A DNA stretch of 64,000 nucleotides, taken from an uncultured Candidatus Saccharibacteria bacterium. GTDB taxonomy: Bacteria > Patescibacteriota > Minisyncoccia > Phycocordibacterales > 2-02-FULL-43-11. Positions within the stretch are counted from its first letter, which is position 1, and the number at the start of each line of letters is the position of its first letter. Where the stretch lies: positions 21,082-85,081 of the forward strand of contig CAYGDO010000004.1 of the NCBI GenBank assembly GCA_964348785.1, given 5' to 3'. Shown here piece after piece: positions 48,245 to 57,618 of the stretch. A program made the position numbers and the translations under genes. The notes beneath the pieces are model-generated. The model saw only the letters and a program-made list of their open reading frames with translations, searched no databases and had not been told where the DNA came from.

Positions 48245-48409
48245 ATGAAGAGAACCTGCTTTCTTTGCAACACGCCCCTTACTCTTTGTATGGGTTTCGT
48301 TTTAGCGGGAGATTTTCTTAAAGCATTAAAGGGAGAAATACCGTGGACGGATATCAGAGAAATCTGTGGAAAATGCGGATTATATTATCTCCTTCAACCC
48401 TACCCCTAG
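48245..48409 (+). CDS. possible small zinc-ribbon protein (54 aa)
   Basis: MKRTCFLCNTPLTLCMG ... ICGKCGLYY: two CxxC pairs. Below ORF-track cutoff. Weak. Confidence 0.2.
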   Translation: MKRTCFLCNTPLTLCMGFVLAGDFLKALKGEIPWTDIREICGKCGLYYLLQPYP

Positions 48410-48495
48410 AAATACTAGGTGGTTTTTTATGCCAACAATTATCAACTCGACCTTGAAGATCTTACAGAATCTAAAAATTAACAGGGCAATATAAA

Positions 48496-48948
48496 CTATT
48501 TAGCCTTCGGGCCTTCCCAAATAATAACGGAGTCTTTTTTGTAACACTCGTCCTCACTTGGAGTCCTATTTTCAGCCATCTGTTTAGCGTGGCAAGTCTC
48601 ATGAATAATTACTTTAGCAGCATTTTTTACTTTTCCATAATGGGTACTTATATAAATTTCCCTTGTATTATCCCCATAAAAACAGCCCCCACCATAACCA
48701 CCACACGCCGGGTTAGGGTTTATAGAGCTAACATATTTACAAAAATCTTGATATTGCGGTTTGTAATTAGATTTAAGATATTTAATACCTTTTTTAATAG
48801 TTGTATTACTAAACTCAAAAAAAGACGGTTTCATTGTAATAAAACATTTGTTAGAAAAGTCCCAATATAAGAAAAAATGATAAAACAAAAAAAACAGAAA
48901 CAGTAGAAAAACTATAAATTTAATTAATTGTCTTACAGTAATTGTCAT
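48496..48948 (-). CDS. small membrane-anchored protein with HExxH (SprT-like zincin) motif
   Basis: N-terminal TM then IIHETCHAKQ, resembling the HEMCHA motif of SprT/WLM-type minimal zincins. GGYGGG and several Cys. Confidence 0.4.
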   Translation of the reverse strand: MTITVRQLIKFIVFLLFLFFLFYHFFLYWDFSNKCFITMKPSFFEFSNTTIKKGIKYLKSNYKPQYQDFCKYVSSINPNPACGGYGGGCFYGDNTREIYISTHYGKVKNAAKVIIHETCHAKQMAENRTPSEDECYKKDSVIIWEGPKAK

Positions 48949-48976
48949 TTAAATTTACTAATCTAAAAACTGATAA

Positions 48977-50218
48977 CTATTTCAAAACTTCTTCCCATAA
49001 AATTTTAGATAAATCCCTTTCCTTTCCTTCAAATGGATACATGTGTAAATCCAAAAAAGGAATACTGTTTAATTCAATCACTCCGCAGGGTAACTGCTCA
49101 TCAAAAGGTCTCCCAATATCCTTAATAATAAAATCAACACCAATTAACGGATCATTTATAAAACTGGCCATATTTTCAAACATTATTTTATTTTTAGGGT
49201 GAACAAAGTCGGTTACATCAGTATTCACACCACCCTGGCTTCTACCTATTTTAGTGCCGACCGAAAACCACGCCCCACTTTCAGGAACAAAATTTTTATC
49301 AATTCCCTGATTTTTAAGCTCCATATCAAGTTCAAAATTTATAGGAATCTCGTGAAAAACTCCTTTTCTTCTATGATCGTTGTTGGAAATTTTTATGAGT
49401 TCCTTAATACTGTGTGTCCCATCACCTATTACATAAGGAGGATCTCTTCTCAAAACCGCCACACACTTTCCACCAATAAGGGCTACACGATGAACTAAAC
49501 CTTGCAACTCTTCTTCAACAGAAACAAAAGGGCAAATCTGCTTAACTACAAAAAAAGACTCTTCCAAGAAATTTTCATCTTTTATGTGAATTCTGGTATG
49601 GCGACTACGAGAGCCAAAAACTGGTTTAGCAATGACAGTACTGGCAAATTTCTTAAAAAATTTTCTGGCTGAAGAATAGAAGAAAAATGCACCACCTCTT
49701 GGCACAGGAAAATTTGCCTTACCCAATCTCTTTTTTACTTCACTTTTATTATCCATCCACTCGAGAGCGTCAGTTGGAGCGCCAGATCTTGGCAATCCTT
49801 CAAAAACAATCTTTCTACCGCTTGGCAACTTGGCCAAAAAAATATTTATTGGTCTACCTAAAACCCAAACTTCTTTTATTTTTACTCCAAATTTTATACC
49901 TGCCTCCCACATACATTTTGCCCTATCAGTATCAAGTTCCAGAGAAGGTTTTTCTCTCAAAGATAATAATCTCAGATAACTTAAAATGTGGAGAAAAACA
50001 TAAGATAACCAATCAATTTGAATATAAAATTCGGTACTTAAAAACCTAACTACGGGGGCTAGGGGCTTAGTAAAACCTAAAGATATGGCTTCCAAAAGCT
50101 GGCTCCATTTTGTGACAAAATGATTAACTCCGGCCGGACCACATTCAGGACAAAAATCTTTTTTCATTAAGACAAATATTAACAAATTAAGCCTATTTAT
50201 AACAATTTTTATAACCAC
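48977..50218 (-). CDS. ATP-grasp family ligase (cyanophycin-synthetase/RimK-like N-domain type)
   Basis: ALIGGKCVAVLRRDPPYVIGDGTHSIKELI and downstream GGVNTDVTD / GVDFI motifs typical of ATP-grasp. N-terminal CPECG. Confidence 0.6.
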   Translation of the reverse strand: MVIKIVINRLNLLIFVLMKKDFCPECGPAGVNHFVTKWSQLLEAISLGFTKPLAPVVRFLSTEFYIQIDWLSYVFLHILSYLRLLSLREKPSLELDTDRAKCMWEAGIKFGVKIKEVWVLGRPINIFLAKLPSGRKIVFEGLPRSGAPTDALEWMDNKSEVKKRLGKANFPVPRGGAFFFYSSARKFFKKFASTVIAKPVFGSRSRHTRIHIKDENFLEESFFVVKQICPFVSVEEELQGLVHRVALIGGKCVAVLRRDPPYVIGDGTHSIKELIKISNNDHRRKGVFHEIPINFELDMELKNQGIDKNFVPESGAWFSVGTKIGRSQGGVNTDVTDFVHPKNKIMFENMASFINDPLIGVDFIIKDIGRPFDEQLPCGVIELNSIPFLDLHMYPFEGKERDLSKILWEEVLK

Positions 50219-50278
50219 CTAAACTAATTGCTTTTAAGCAATTATTATGATATAAATTGCAGGTTATCCATTAATTTA

Positions 50279-50800
50279 ATTATTTTTTTGAGTACCAACA
50301 AAACTAGAGTAAACCATCAGATAAAAGCCTTGGAGTTAAGGGTTATCGGGCCAGAAGGCGAAAACTTCGGATTAATGACCAAAGAGGAAGCTCTGAAGAA
50401 AGCCGAGGAGTTAAAAACTGACCTTATTGAGATATCCCCCAATGCCGTTCCTCCCGTTGCAAAAATAATGGATTATGGTAAATTCCAGTACGCTGAGAAT
50501 AAAAAACTTAAGGCCAATCGTGCCAAGTCTCACACCTCTGAAGTTAAAGAAGTTCAGATAAAAATAGGCACAGGTGAACATGATTTGGAGCTAAAAGCCA
50601 GCAAAGTCAGCGAATGGTTAAAAGAAGGTAATAGAATAAAAATTGACCTTTTCCTGCCAGGTAGATCAAAATATATGGATGTAAAATTCCTAAACGGAAG
50701 AATCGAAAGAATCCTAAAATTTGTATCTGAACCATATAAAATAGCAGATACAGCAAAGAAAAGTCCAAAAGGTATGTCTATGATAATAGAAAAAGCATAA
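50279..50800 (+). CDS. infC: translation initiation factor IF-3 (probable non-AUG start)
   Basis: ELRVIGPEGENFGLMTKEEALKKAEELKTDLIEISPNAVPPVAKIMDYGKFQY. No in-frame ATG upstream of the conserved N-terminus. ATT codons at 50279/50282 and TTG at 50288 and 50228 are candidate starts. Confidence 0.75.
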   Translation: MIFLSTNKTRVNHQIKALELRVIGPEGENFGLMTKEEALKKAEELKTDLIEISPNAVPPVAKIMDYGKFQYAENKKLKANRAKSHTSEVKEVQIKIGTGEHDLELKASKVSEWLKEGNRIKIDLFLPGRSKYMDVKFLNGRIERILKFVSEPYKIADTAKKSPKGMSMIIEKA

Positions 50801-50820
50801 ATAAATCGAATATAAAAAAC

Positions 50821-51000
50821 ATGAAAACTTTAAAAACATACATGAAAAGACTGAGAGTGACCAAAAATGGTAAAATTTTGGGTAGAAAACAGGGCCAGGA
50901 TCACTTCAATGCCAAAGAAAGTGGTAGTCAGCAACTAGCCAAAAAAGGTTCTGTCCAAATTACTATGACCAAAAAAGCTCAAAGCAGATTTTTATCTTAA
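50821..51000 (+). CDS. rpmI: 50S ribosomal protein L35
   Basis: 59-aa basic ORF MKTLKTYMKRLRVTKNGKILGRKQG... between infC and rplT. Below ORF-track cutoff. Confidence 0.75.
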   Translation: MKTLKTYMKRLRVTKNGKILGRKQGQDHFNAKESGSQQLAKKGSVQITMTKKAQSRFLS

Positions 51001-51016
51001 TTATTAATTCAAAAAA

Positions 51017-51361
51017 ATGACAAGAGTTAAAAAAGCGGTAAACGCCCTAAAATACAGAAGAAATATATTGAAAATGGCCAAAGGCTACAGATTTGGTCGT
51101 TCCAAGAAAGAAAAAATGGCACAAGAAGCAGTTTTTCATGCTGGAACTTATGCTTTCGCCCACAGAAGAGATAAAAAAGGTGATTACAGAAGACTTTGGA
51201 ATGTTAGAATAAACGCATCTCTCCGCCCTCTTGGTCTTTCATACAGTAAATTTATCGGCGCTCTTAAAAAGAAAAATATTGAGGTAGACAGGAAAATCCT
51301 CTCAGAACTCGCCAACGCCTATCCTCAAATTTTCCAACAAATCGCCGAAGCTACTAAATAA
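51017..51361 (+). CDS. rplT: 50S ribosomal protein L20
   Basis: MTRVKKAVNALKYRRNILKMAKGYRFGRSK... Confidence 0.92.
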   Translation: MTRVKKAVNALKYRRNILKMAKGYRFGRSKKEKMAQEAVFHAGTYAFAHRRDKKGDYRRLWNVRINASLRPLGLSYSKFIGALKKKNIEVDRKILSELANAYPQIFQQIAEATK

Positions 51362-51550
51362 ATGAAAAAATATATTGTTTTAATCCTTTTTGCCCTTTCC
51401 ATTGGGACATTTTGGTTTATTTATAAAAGAGAATCCATCAAAAATGCTCCGAGATGTGGAGGGATTGCTGGAGAAATTTGTCCTAATGATTATAAATGTA
51501 TAGGCATGAAAAATTACCCCGATGCCAGTGGATACTGTGTCAAAATATAA
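51362..51550 (+). CDS. small secreted Cys-rich protein
   Basis: 62 aa. Signal/TM then CGGIAGEICPNDYKCIGMKNYPDASGYC (4 Cys). Confidence 0.35.
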   Translation: MKKYIVLILFALSIGTFWFIYKRESIKNAPRCGGIAGEICPNDYKCIGMKNYPDASGYCVKI

Positions 51551-51681
51551 ACCCAAAATCTAAATTTTAAGATAAAAATATTCACAAGGTCATAACCTTA
51601 AAAGATGGGCCGAGATTATATATAAAAATGTAAGCAAAAAGCTTACATTTTTATATATGAGAAAAAACAAAATTAGGAATA

Positions 51682-53082
51682 TTACAAAGTCACACTTTCA
51701 TTTACATCAGGAACGGTTGCATTCACCCCAAGATAATCATGCAATCTTTGAGCTAAAAAATATGATGATTTTGGTTCCCCCATTACCACAAAGACATTTT
51801 TTAAAGTTTCGGCAGAGTCAGAAACAAAAGAAACTAAATTATCCAAATCCTTATGAGAAGAATATCCCTGAATTTTTACCACTTCCGCCCGAACATCAAC
51901 ATCCACTCCTTTAATAGAAACTCGGCGCATCCCTTCTTCTATCCGCCTTCCAAGTGTTCCTGCAGCCTGATAACCCATAAAAATAATGGTGTTTTTTTGA
52001 TCACCTAAATAAAAAATTTCATGTTCTGTAATGCGTCCGCCATTACTCATACCAGAACCTGCAATTATAACTTTCGGGCCATTATGTCTTCTGATTTCTT
52101 CAGATTCCATCCTGGTTTGAGTAAATGATAACCTAGGAAATCTAAACAAATCATCACCTTTTTCAATTTCATTTCTGGCTTTCTCATTAAACAAATAGGC
52201 ACTTTTTTTATATACACCTGTAATTTTAATAGCCAAAGGTGAATCCAAAAAAACAGGTATTTTAGGAATTTCCTCTCTTTCAGCCAAGTAATTTAACTCA
52301 TGAAGAATAACCTGAGTTTTTTCTAAAGAAAAAGATGGTATTAGAATTGCCCCACCTTTTTTGGCACCTTTTATAATTGCTTCTTTCAAATAATTACCTC
52401 TTTCTTCCCTACTTTCATGATTACGATCCCCATAAACACTCTCCATAAGAATATAAGTTGCACCAAAAATTTTTTCAGTATCCTTTAAGAGAGGAGACGG
52501 AGAATTTCCCAAATCGCCCGTGAAAACCACCTTTATTTTCTCTTCCTTACCCCCATCTCTTGAAACTGTGGTTTCAACTTCATACATCGAGGAACCCAAA
52601 ACGTGCCCAGAGTCTTTCAAGAAAACATTTATATCAGGAAAAATGCTTCTGCTTTGACCATATGGCAAACTTTGCCAAAGAGTAAACGCCTTATCAACGT
52701 CCTCTTTTTCATAAAGAGGTAAAATACCTTTAAATCTTGCCTCCTCATCCAAAATTTTTTGAGCGTCTTCAAGCATAAATTTTGATAATTCCAATGTCTC
52801 CAACGTGCTGTAAATCCTTCCTCTAAAACCATCTTTCACCAATTTAGGAATTCTTCCTATGTGATCCATATGGGCATGAGTAACGAGCAACGCATCAATT
52901 AAAGCAGGATCATAGAAAAACTCTTTATGGTTCAATTCATCAGCAAAATCAACACCTTGCACCAAACCGCAATCTATTAAAAAACGATAAACATTTTCCC
53001 CATCTGTTTTCTCAGCCAAAAAATTGGCACCGGTTACAGTACCTACCCCACCACAAAAAGTTAATTTAAATTCTTTTGCCAT
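51682..53082 (-). CDS. MBL-fold beta-CASP family RNA-metabolising hydrolase (RNase J/CPSF-like)
   Basis: HAHMDHIG motif and 466-aa length with a beta-CASP region. Confidence 0.72.
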   Translation of the reverse strand: MAKEFKLTFCGGVGTVTGANFLAEKTDGENVYRFLIDCGLVQGVDFADELNHKEFFYDPALIDALLVTHAHMDHIGRIPKLVKDGFRGRIYSTLETLELSKFMLEDAQKILDEEARFKGILPLYEKEDVDKAFTLWQSLPYGQSRSIFPDINVFLKDSGHVLGSSMYEVETTVSRDGGKEEKIKVVFTGDLGNSPSPLLKDTEKIFGATYILMESVYGDRNHESREERGNYLKEAIIKGAKKGGAILIPSFSLEKTQVILHELNYLAEREEIPKIPVFLDSPLAIKITGVYKKSAYLFNEKARNEIEKGDDLFRFPRLSFTQTRMESEEIRRHNGPKVIIAGSGMSNGGRITEHEIFYLGDQKNTIIFMGYQAAGTLGRRIEEGMRRVSIKGVDVDVRAEVVKIQGYSSHKDLDNLVSFVSDSAETLKNVFVVMGEPKSSYFLAQRLHDYLGVNATVPDVNESVTL

Positions 53083-53465
53083 AAATAAGCTGTTGTTATT
53101 GAAGATAAAATTCCACCAAAAGTTCCGATTACTATATCAAACATTGTATCAACCATATAACCTTCTGGGAAATAATTTATACCGACAATCAATTCAAACA
53201 ATTCCCACAAAAATGCCACAACCAAAACTGCAAAAACACCTGATAATAAAACTTTAAAGAAAGTTGGATGCAACTTTAAATGTAAATAACCAGAAAACCA
53301 AAAAAACCAAATGGCGGTTAAAGACAACCAAAATCCTCCAATAAAATGAGTTAAAATATCTAACCACCAAAAGTTTATATAGCCGAAGAAAAAAACCCCA
53401 TAAAAATGTATAAGAGTTTCCACCAAAATCAATACGGCACTTATAAAGATAATTTTTTTATTCAT
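53061..53465 (-). CDS. hypothetical 4-TM membrane protein
   Basis: 134 aa, Trp/Phe-rich helices. Confidence 0.4.
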   Translation of the reverse strand: MNKKIIFISAVLILVETLIHFYGVFFFGYINFWWLDILTHFIGGFWLSLTAIWFFWFSGYLHLKLHPTFFKVLLSGVFAVLVVAFLWELFELIVGINYFPEGYMVDTMFDIVIGTFGGILSSITTAYLWQKNLN

Positions 53466-53490
53466 AGTTCCCTATATTTTACATTGAACC

Positions 53491-53514
53491 ATCAAAAAAT
53501 CCGCATAAAGCGGG
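53491..53514 (-). terminator. rho-independent terminator downstream of ndk
   Basis: Minus strand: cccgc tttat gcgg followed by attttttgatgg. Confidence 0.5.
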
Positions 53515-53705
53515 TTCTTTGATGGCCGTTTGAGCGTATTCCCCTAGTAAAAATCTAGGTGGGTGCTCGCAATGTCATTCTTCGGATTCCCGAAGGATTC
53601 AACCAGAACAACAAGATTTAAAGCTCCCTAAAAATACCTACAGAGGTAATATTCCCAAACAGCCTAAGATAATTATATCACTACAATTTAAAAAGCAAAT
53701 CCAAC

Positions 53706-54317
53706 TTACTCCAAAATACTATCCAAATTTACATCATAAAGAATTGCCTCCTGAACTACGCGGTAATTTAACAACTCCTCCTCTTTAAACCACAAGGAAA
53801 TTTCTCTTTCCGCCTCACTGACTGAGTCAGAACAATGAATCAAATTACGAACAGCTCTATCGTCAACCGCTGCAATCGAATAAGAATCCGAAGTGAAATC
53901 TCCACGAATCGTTCCCACATCTGATGTGGCAGGCTCAGTCTCTCCTGTGATTTTTTTTACAACAGTAACAGACTGGTTTCCCTCCCAGACAAGCATAAGC
54001 ACAGGTCCGGCGGTCATAAATTTAACTAACTGTCCAATAATATCTTTACCATACTCAATAGCTTCCTTTACAATTGGCAACCCGGAAGCTTTCTTATCTT
54101 CTAAAATCTTAGTGCCTTTTTTCAGAAACCATGCATCATCTTTATTATAATGCTTCCAAAGTTTGGCTTCTTCAGCAATGCCGAATCTCATTCCAACCAA
54201 CTTAAGGCCAGTTCTTTCATAACGTTTGATAATCTCACCGACTAAAGAACGTTGAACTCCATCCGGTTTTATAATCACAAACGTTCTCTCCTTTTTTAAA
54301 TCTTTTTCTTTTGCCAT
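53706..54317 (-). CDS. ndk: nucleoside-diphosphate kinase with about 50-aa internal insertion
   Basis: RTFVIIKPDGVQRSLVGEIIKRYE and active-site NLIHCSDSVSEAEREISLWF. 203 aa versus the usual about 140. Confidence 0.8.
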   Translation of the reverse strand: MAKEKDLKKERTFVIIKPDGVQRSLVGEIIKRYERTGLKLVGMRFGIAEEAKLWKHYNKDDAWFLKKGTKILEDKKASGLPIVKEAIEYGKDIIGQLVKFMTAGPVLMLVWEGNQSVTVVKKITGETEPATSDVGTIRGDFTSDSYSIAAVDDRAVRNLIHCSDSVSEAEREISLWFKEEELLNYRVVQEAILYDVNLDSILE

Positions 54318-54548
54318 AAAATAAAATTACCAAATAACGGGATAAATCCCGTTAGAAGCTGATGTTAAAAAATATACATTCGCAAACTGACCATGGTATA
54401 CGAACGTTAAACTTATAGTAACAATCTTTAAATATTTTGCTTCTAACGGGATAAATATAACAAAAATTGATTTTATATCAACCAACCAAATTCTGTAGAC
54501 ATCCGACATCTACAAAATTGGTTGATAATTAAATTTTATATTATTTTA

Positions 54549-57287
54549 TTATTTCTTATATCTCTCCAAGATCTCCTCTTCAACACTTCTCCTATCTTTA
54601 CCATATTTCAAATAAGAAAGTTGCTTCAATTTTTCAATATTAGATATATTACCCTCTGGAACAGGCAGGGTTTCAATATTAAATGGCTTAATAGGGCGAC
54701 CATTAACAAGGAGTCGCAAATATGCATTTCTGTTTGGTAAATCTGAGATATCCCTAGAAGAAAAAACTGGTTCAAATTGTTTTTCCAACAATTCAGCGTC
54801 CTCAGGGCCAACTCTAAATGAGGCTATTGTCCCAACGTTACCAAACACGGCCCCTTTTATTTTATCGGATAACTGACCGATGAATTGATGCGCCACATTA
54901 AGACCCAATCTATATTTTCTGGCTTCAGAAAGAATAACCGCAATAGAATCAGTGGTCACATTTTGAAACTCATCAATATATAAATAAAAATCCGAAAGTT
55001 TTTGACCTAAAGAATCAACACGTGACAAGGCGGCCATCAAAAATTTACCGACAATAATTAATCCAAGAAGATGAGAGTTCAAATCACCAAGTCTACCCTT
55101 TGCCAAATTGACTAACAAAATCTTCTTTTTATCCATAACTTCTCTAAAGTTAAAAGAAGAATTCTGCTGAGAAATTATCGGTCTCATAATATCGTTGGCC
55201 AAGAAATTATCAAACTTGGACGTCACGTAAGGTACTATATTTTGGAGCGCCGCTTCCCCTCCTGCCTTTTCCGCCACCTCTCTCCAAAATTGCAAAACTA
55301 TCGGGTTCTGACATTTGGACAATTTATGTTCCCTATAGGCCTTATTAGCCAAAACTCTTGATACATCAAGGAGTGTTGCTCCAGAATCAGAATCTTCTAA
55401 AGTCAAAAGTACAGAATTTCTAAAATATTGTTCAAACATCGGGCCTCCGGTTTGTTTTAAATCAAACAACTTATCAAAAATTGAGAGCATTTCATTAACC
55501 ACAAAGATTTTCTGTTCAGGAAATCGCTTATCATACTCAAGCATATTCAAGGCCATCGGTCTTTCTATATAAGATGGATCGAAATAAATAACATCTTCAT
55601 ACCGCTCCTTTGGTATAGAGGCCAAAATCTCTTGAATATCGCTTCCGTGTGGATCAATCATGCAAACACCAGATCCCGCCTTTATATCTTGAATAATCAT
55701 ATTTTTTAACAAAGTTGTTTTACCAGTTCCCGTCTGTCCAATAGCATAGAAATGTCTCATCCTGTCTTCTGGCAAAATATAGACTTTATTCTCCATACCA
55801 CGAGCCCTATTAACGCCTATAAGCGTGCCAGTTGTCGGTAAACCAACAGGAGCTGGCGAAACTCCAGATTCAGCCTTTTTGAGTTGAGGCATAGATGATT
55901 TAAGGTGAGATGTAGGAAAATGCATAAAAGTGGTCACCTCCTTCAAATTGAAAAGGCACTCTTCCCTCTCTGAATACATACGCCAAGAAAATTCACGTAT
56001 AAACTCCCGGAGACGCGAACCCTCAACTTTGGTAAAAGAAATTTTATTGCCACCAGTATTTTCAAATTGAGAAAAAGAGGCTTCCAAATCTTTCAAAATT
56101 TCATCCGACAAATCTTCATTTGCTGACGAAGCAATCAGTCTTACATTACTTAAAACTATCGGGGCGCTAATCTTGAATTTAATATTATCAACAGCTATTT
56201 GATCAACCCTCTTTGGTTCCATCTTATCTTTATCTTTTTTCGAGTCAGAAGGAGGTGAAATTAAATCACTTATACTCTTAAAAATCTTACCCCCAACACC
56301 AAATGGAATATCAATAGCCGAAGAAGTTGAAACTCCTTTTTCAATCTCTCCCAAAGCTTTAGACCATCCTTTTAGGTATTCTGGTCCAGCTGGTTTTAAA
56401 ACTATTTGAATTGATGCTCCCTCACCATCCCTATCAATTTTAGAAAAGCTATTCAAAATAACGGCCAACGGATCTATATCAAAATTTTCATAATGCTTAA
56501 TTGGAAAAATAGGATTCTTTCGAAGCGTTGCAAAAGAGCCGGCAACACCCCCTTCAGGATTAAAAATATTATAATCATTCTTTTCTTCTTTTATTTTAAC
56601 TCCTGGAAAAATAGAATGGACCTGTTTTTCAAAAATATCTTTTTTTGAATCAGGGACCGAGGAATAAAAGACAAATTCGTCACTACCATTTGCGTTAGCA
56701 ATTTCAATAGTAAAATAATCACCCGATTTATAATTACCAAGCATACCAGAGTAAAATTGTTCCATTCCCGAAATAAATTTTTTCAATTCAACATTGGCAT
56801 CTTCTTTTGGTACTTCTGGTAAAGTTATTTCAAAAAGAGTCATGTGGGTCGGTTTCCAAACTGGAGAACTTTCTGTAACCCCAGGAGCACTATAACCAGC
56901 TTTAATATATTGAACTAAAAATCTATGAAAATCATCCTCAAGGTGTGGGTTGCTCATTTTTTGAACAACAGACAAAGCATTCTTTATACCTTTCTCCTGA
57001 AGAAGACCTATTAAAGACTCAATTTGTCTATCATGACTTTCGGGGGAAATATTTAGAATTATGGCCCCCTCTTCATGAGGTTTAATAATCTTCTCCTCTT
57101 TCAAAACAGCCTTAGCTGGCGTATTAACATAATCTTTTACCACAGAACGTACAGTTTCCTCTTTTGGTTTTTCAGGAATACCATTATCCATTACCTCTCT
57201 TTTTTTTATTTCATTACGTAAAAAGGCAATTTCCTCTTCTGGAGAAGAAAACTTTTTTTGTTCACTAGAAAAACCACCGAGTTCCAT
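54549..57287 (-). CDS. VirD4/TrwB/TraD-like type IV coupling-protein ATPase homolog (soluble, 912 aa)
   Basis: Walker A AIGQTGTGKTT, CMIDPHGSD (like T4CP vvDPKGe), Walker B YLYIDEFQN, then NVAHQ. About 480-aa non-ATPase N-domain without TM helices. Confidence 0.55.
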   Translation of the reverse strand: MELGGFSSEQKKFSSPEEEIAFLRNEIKKREVMDNGIPEKPKEETVRSVVKDYVNTPAKAVLKEEKIIKPHEEGAIILNISPESHDRQIESLIGLLQEKGIKNALSVVQKMSNPHLEDDFHRFLVQYIKAGYSAPGVTESSPVWKPTHMTLFEITLPEVPKEDANVELKKFISGMEQFYSGMLGNYKSGDYFTIEIANANGSDEFVFYSSVPDSKKDIFEKQVHSIFPGVKIKEEKNDYNIFNPEGGVAGSFATLRKNPIFPIKHYENFDIDPLAVILNSFSKIDRDGEGASIQIVLKPAGPEYLKGWSKALGEIEKGVSTSSAIDIPFGVGGKIFKSISDLISPPSDSKKDKDKMEPKRVDQIAVDNIKFKISAPIVLSNVRLIASSANEDLSDEILKDLEASFSQFENTGGNKISFTKVEGSRLREFIREFSWRMYSEREECLFNLKEVTTFMHFPTSHLKSSMPQLKKAESGVSPAPVGLPTTGTLIGVNRARGMENKVYILPEDRMRHFYAIGQTGTGKTTLLKNMIIQDIKAGSGVCMIDPHGSDIQEILASIPKERYEDVIYFDPSYIERPMALNMLEYDKRFPEQKIFVVNEMLSIFDKLFDLKQTGGPMFEQYFRNSVLLTLEDSDSGATLLDVSRVLANKAYREHKLSKCQNPIVLQFWREVAEKAGGEAALQNIVPYVTSKFDNFLANDIMRPIISQQNSSFNFREVMDKKKILLVNLAKGRLGDLNSHLLGLIIVGKFLMAALSRVDSLGQKLSDFYLYIDEFQNVTTDSIAVILSEARKYRLGLNVAHQFIGQLSDKIKGAVFGNVGTIASFRVGPEDAELLEKQFEPVFSSRDISDLPNRNAYLRLLVNGRPIKPFNIETLPVPEGNISNIEKLKQLSYLKYGKDRRSVEEEILERYKK

Positions 57288-57323
57288 ATTGGTTTATATT
57301 ATACAATGAAAATCTTTGTATGT

Positions 57324-57614
57324 TTATGAGTTCAGATCCGCCCTAACTTTAAGTAACCCGATTCTATCTTCACCATCCTTTTCGCTTTTGTTAATTTCTT
57401 TCAAAGATTTCAAAATTTCTTCCAATTCCCCCTTATACGCTTCATTTACAGAATTGATAGCCTTCATATATGACAAAGTATAGCTCAAAAGAACTTTTCC
57501 ACTTTCTTCTTTTGAGAGTTCAATATTTAAACATTCTTCAACGTAAATTCTGGCTTCATCTTTCTTTCCAGAAGTTAAAAGGGCTTCAAATTTTACAGGA
57601 TCAAAATTTGTCAT
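57324..57614 (-). CDS. hypothetical small protein
   Basis: 96 aa, helical. In the same minus-strand run as the T4CP-like gene. Confidence 0.35.
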   Translation of the reverse strand: MTNFDPVKFEALLTSGKKDEARIYVEECLNIELSKEESGKVLLSYTLSYMKAINSVNEAYKGELEEILKSLKEINKSEKDGEDRIGLLKVRADLNS

Positions 57615-57618
57615 TATA

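Noticed and set aside
54327-54509. 60-aa ORF between ndk and the T4CP-like gene
   Set aside because: Lies over an intergenic region dominated by two inverted repeats (taacgggat/atcccgtta around 54344-54366, and a long imperfect hairpin around 54483-54522 that is probably the terminator of the T4CP-like gene). No RBS.
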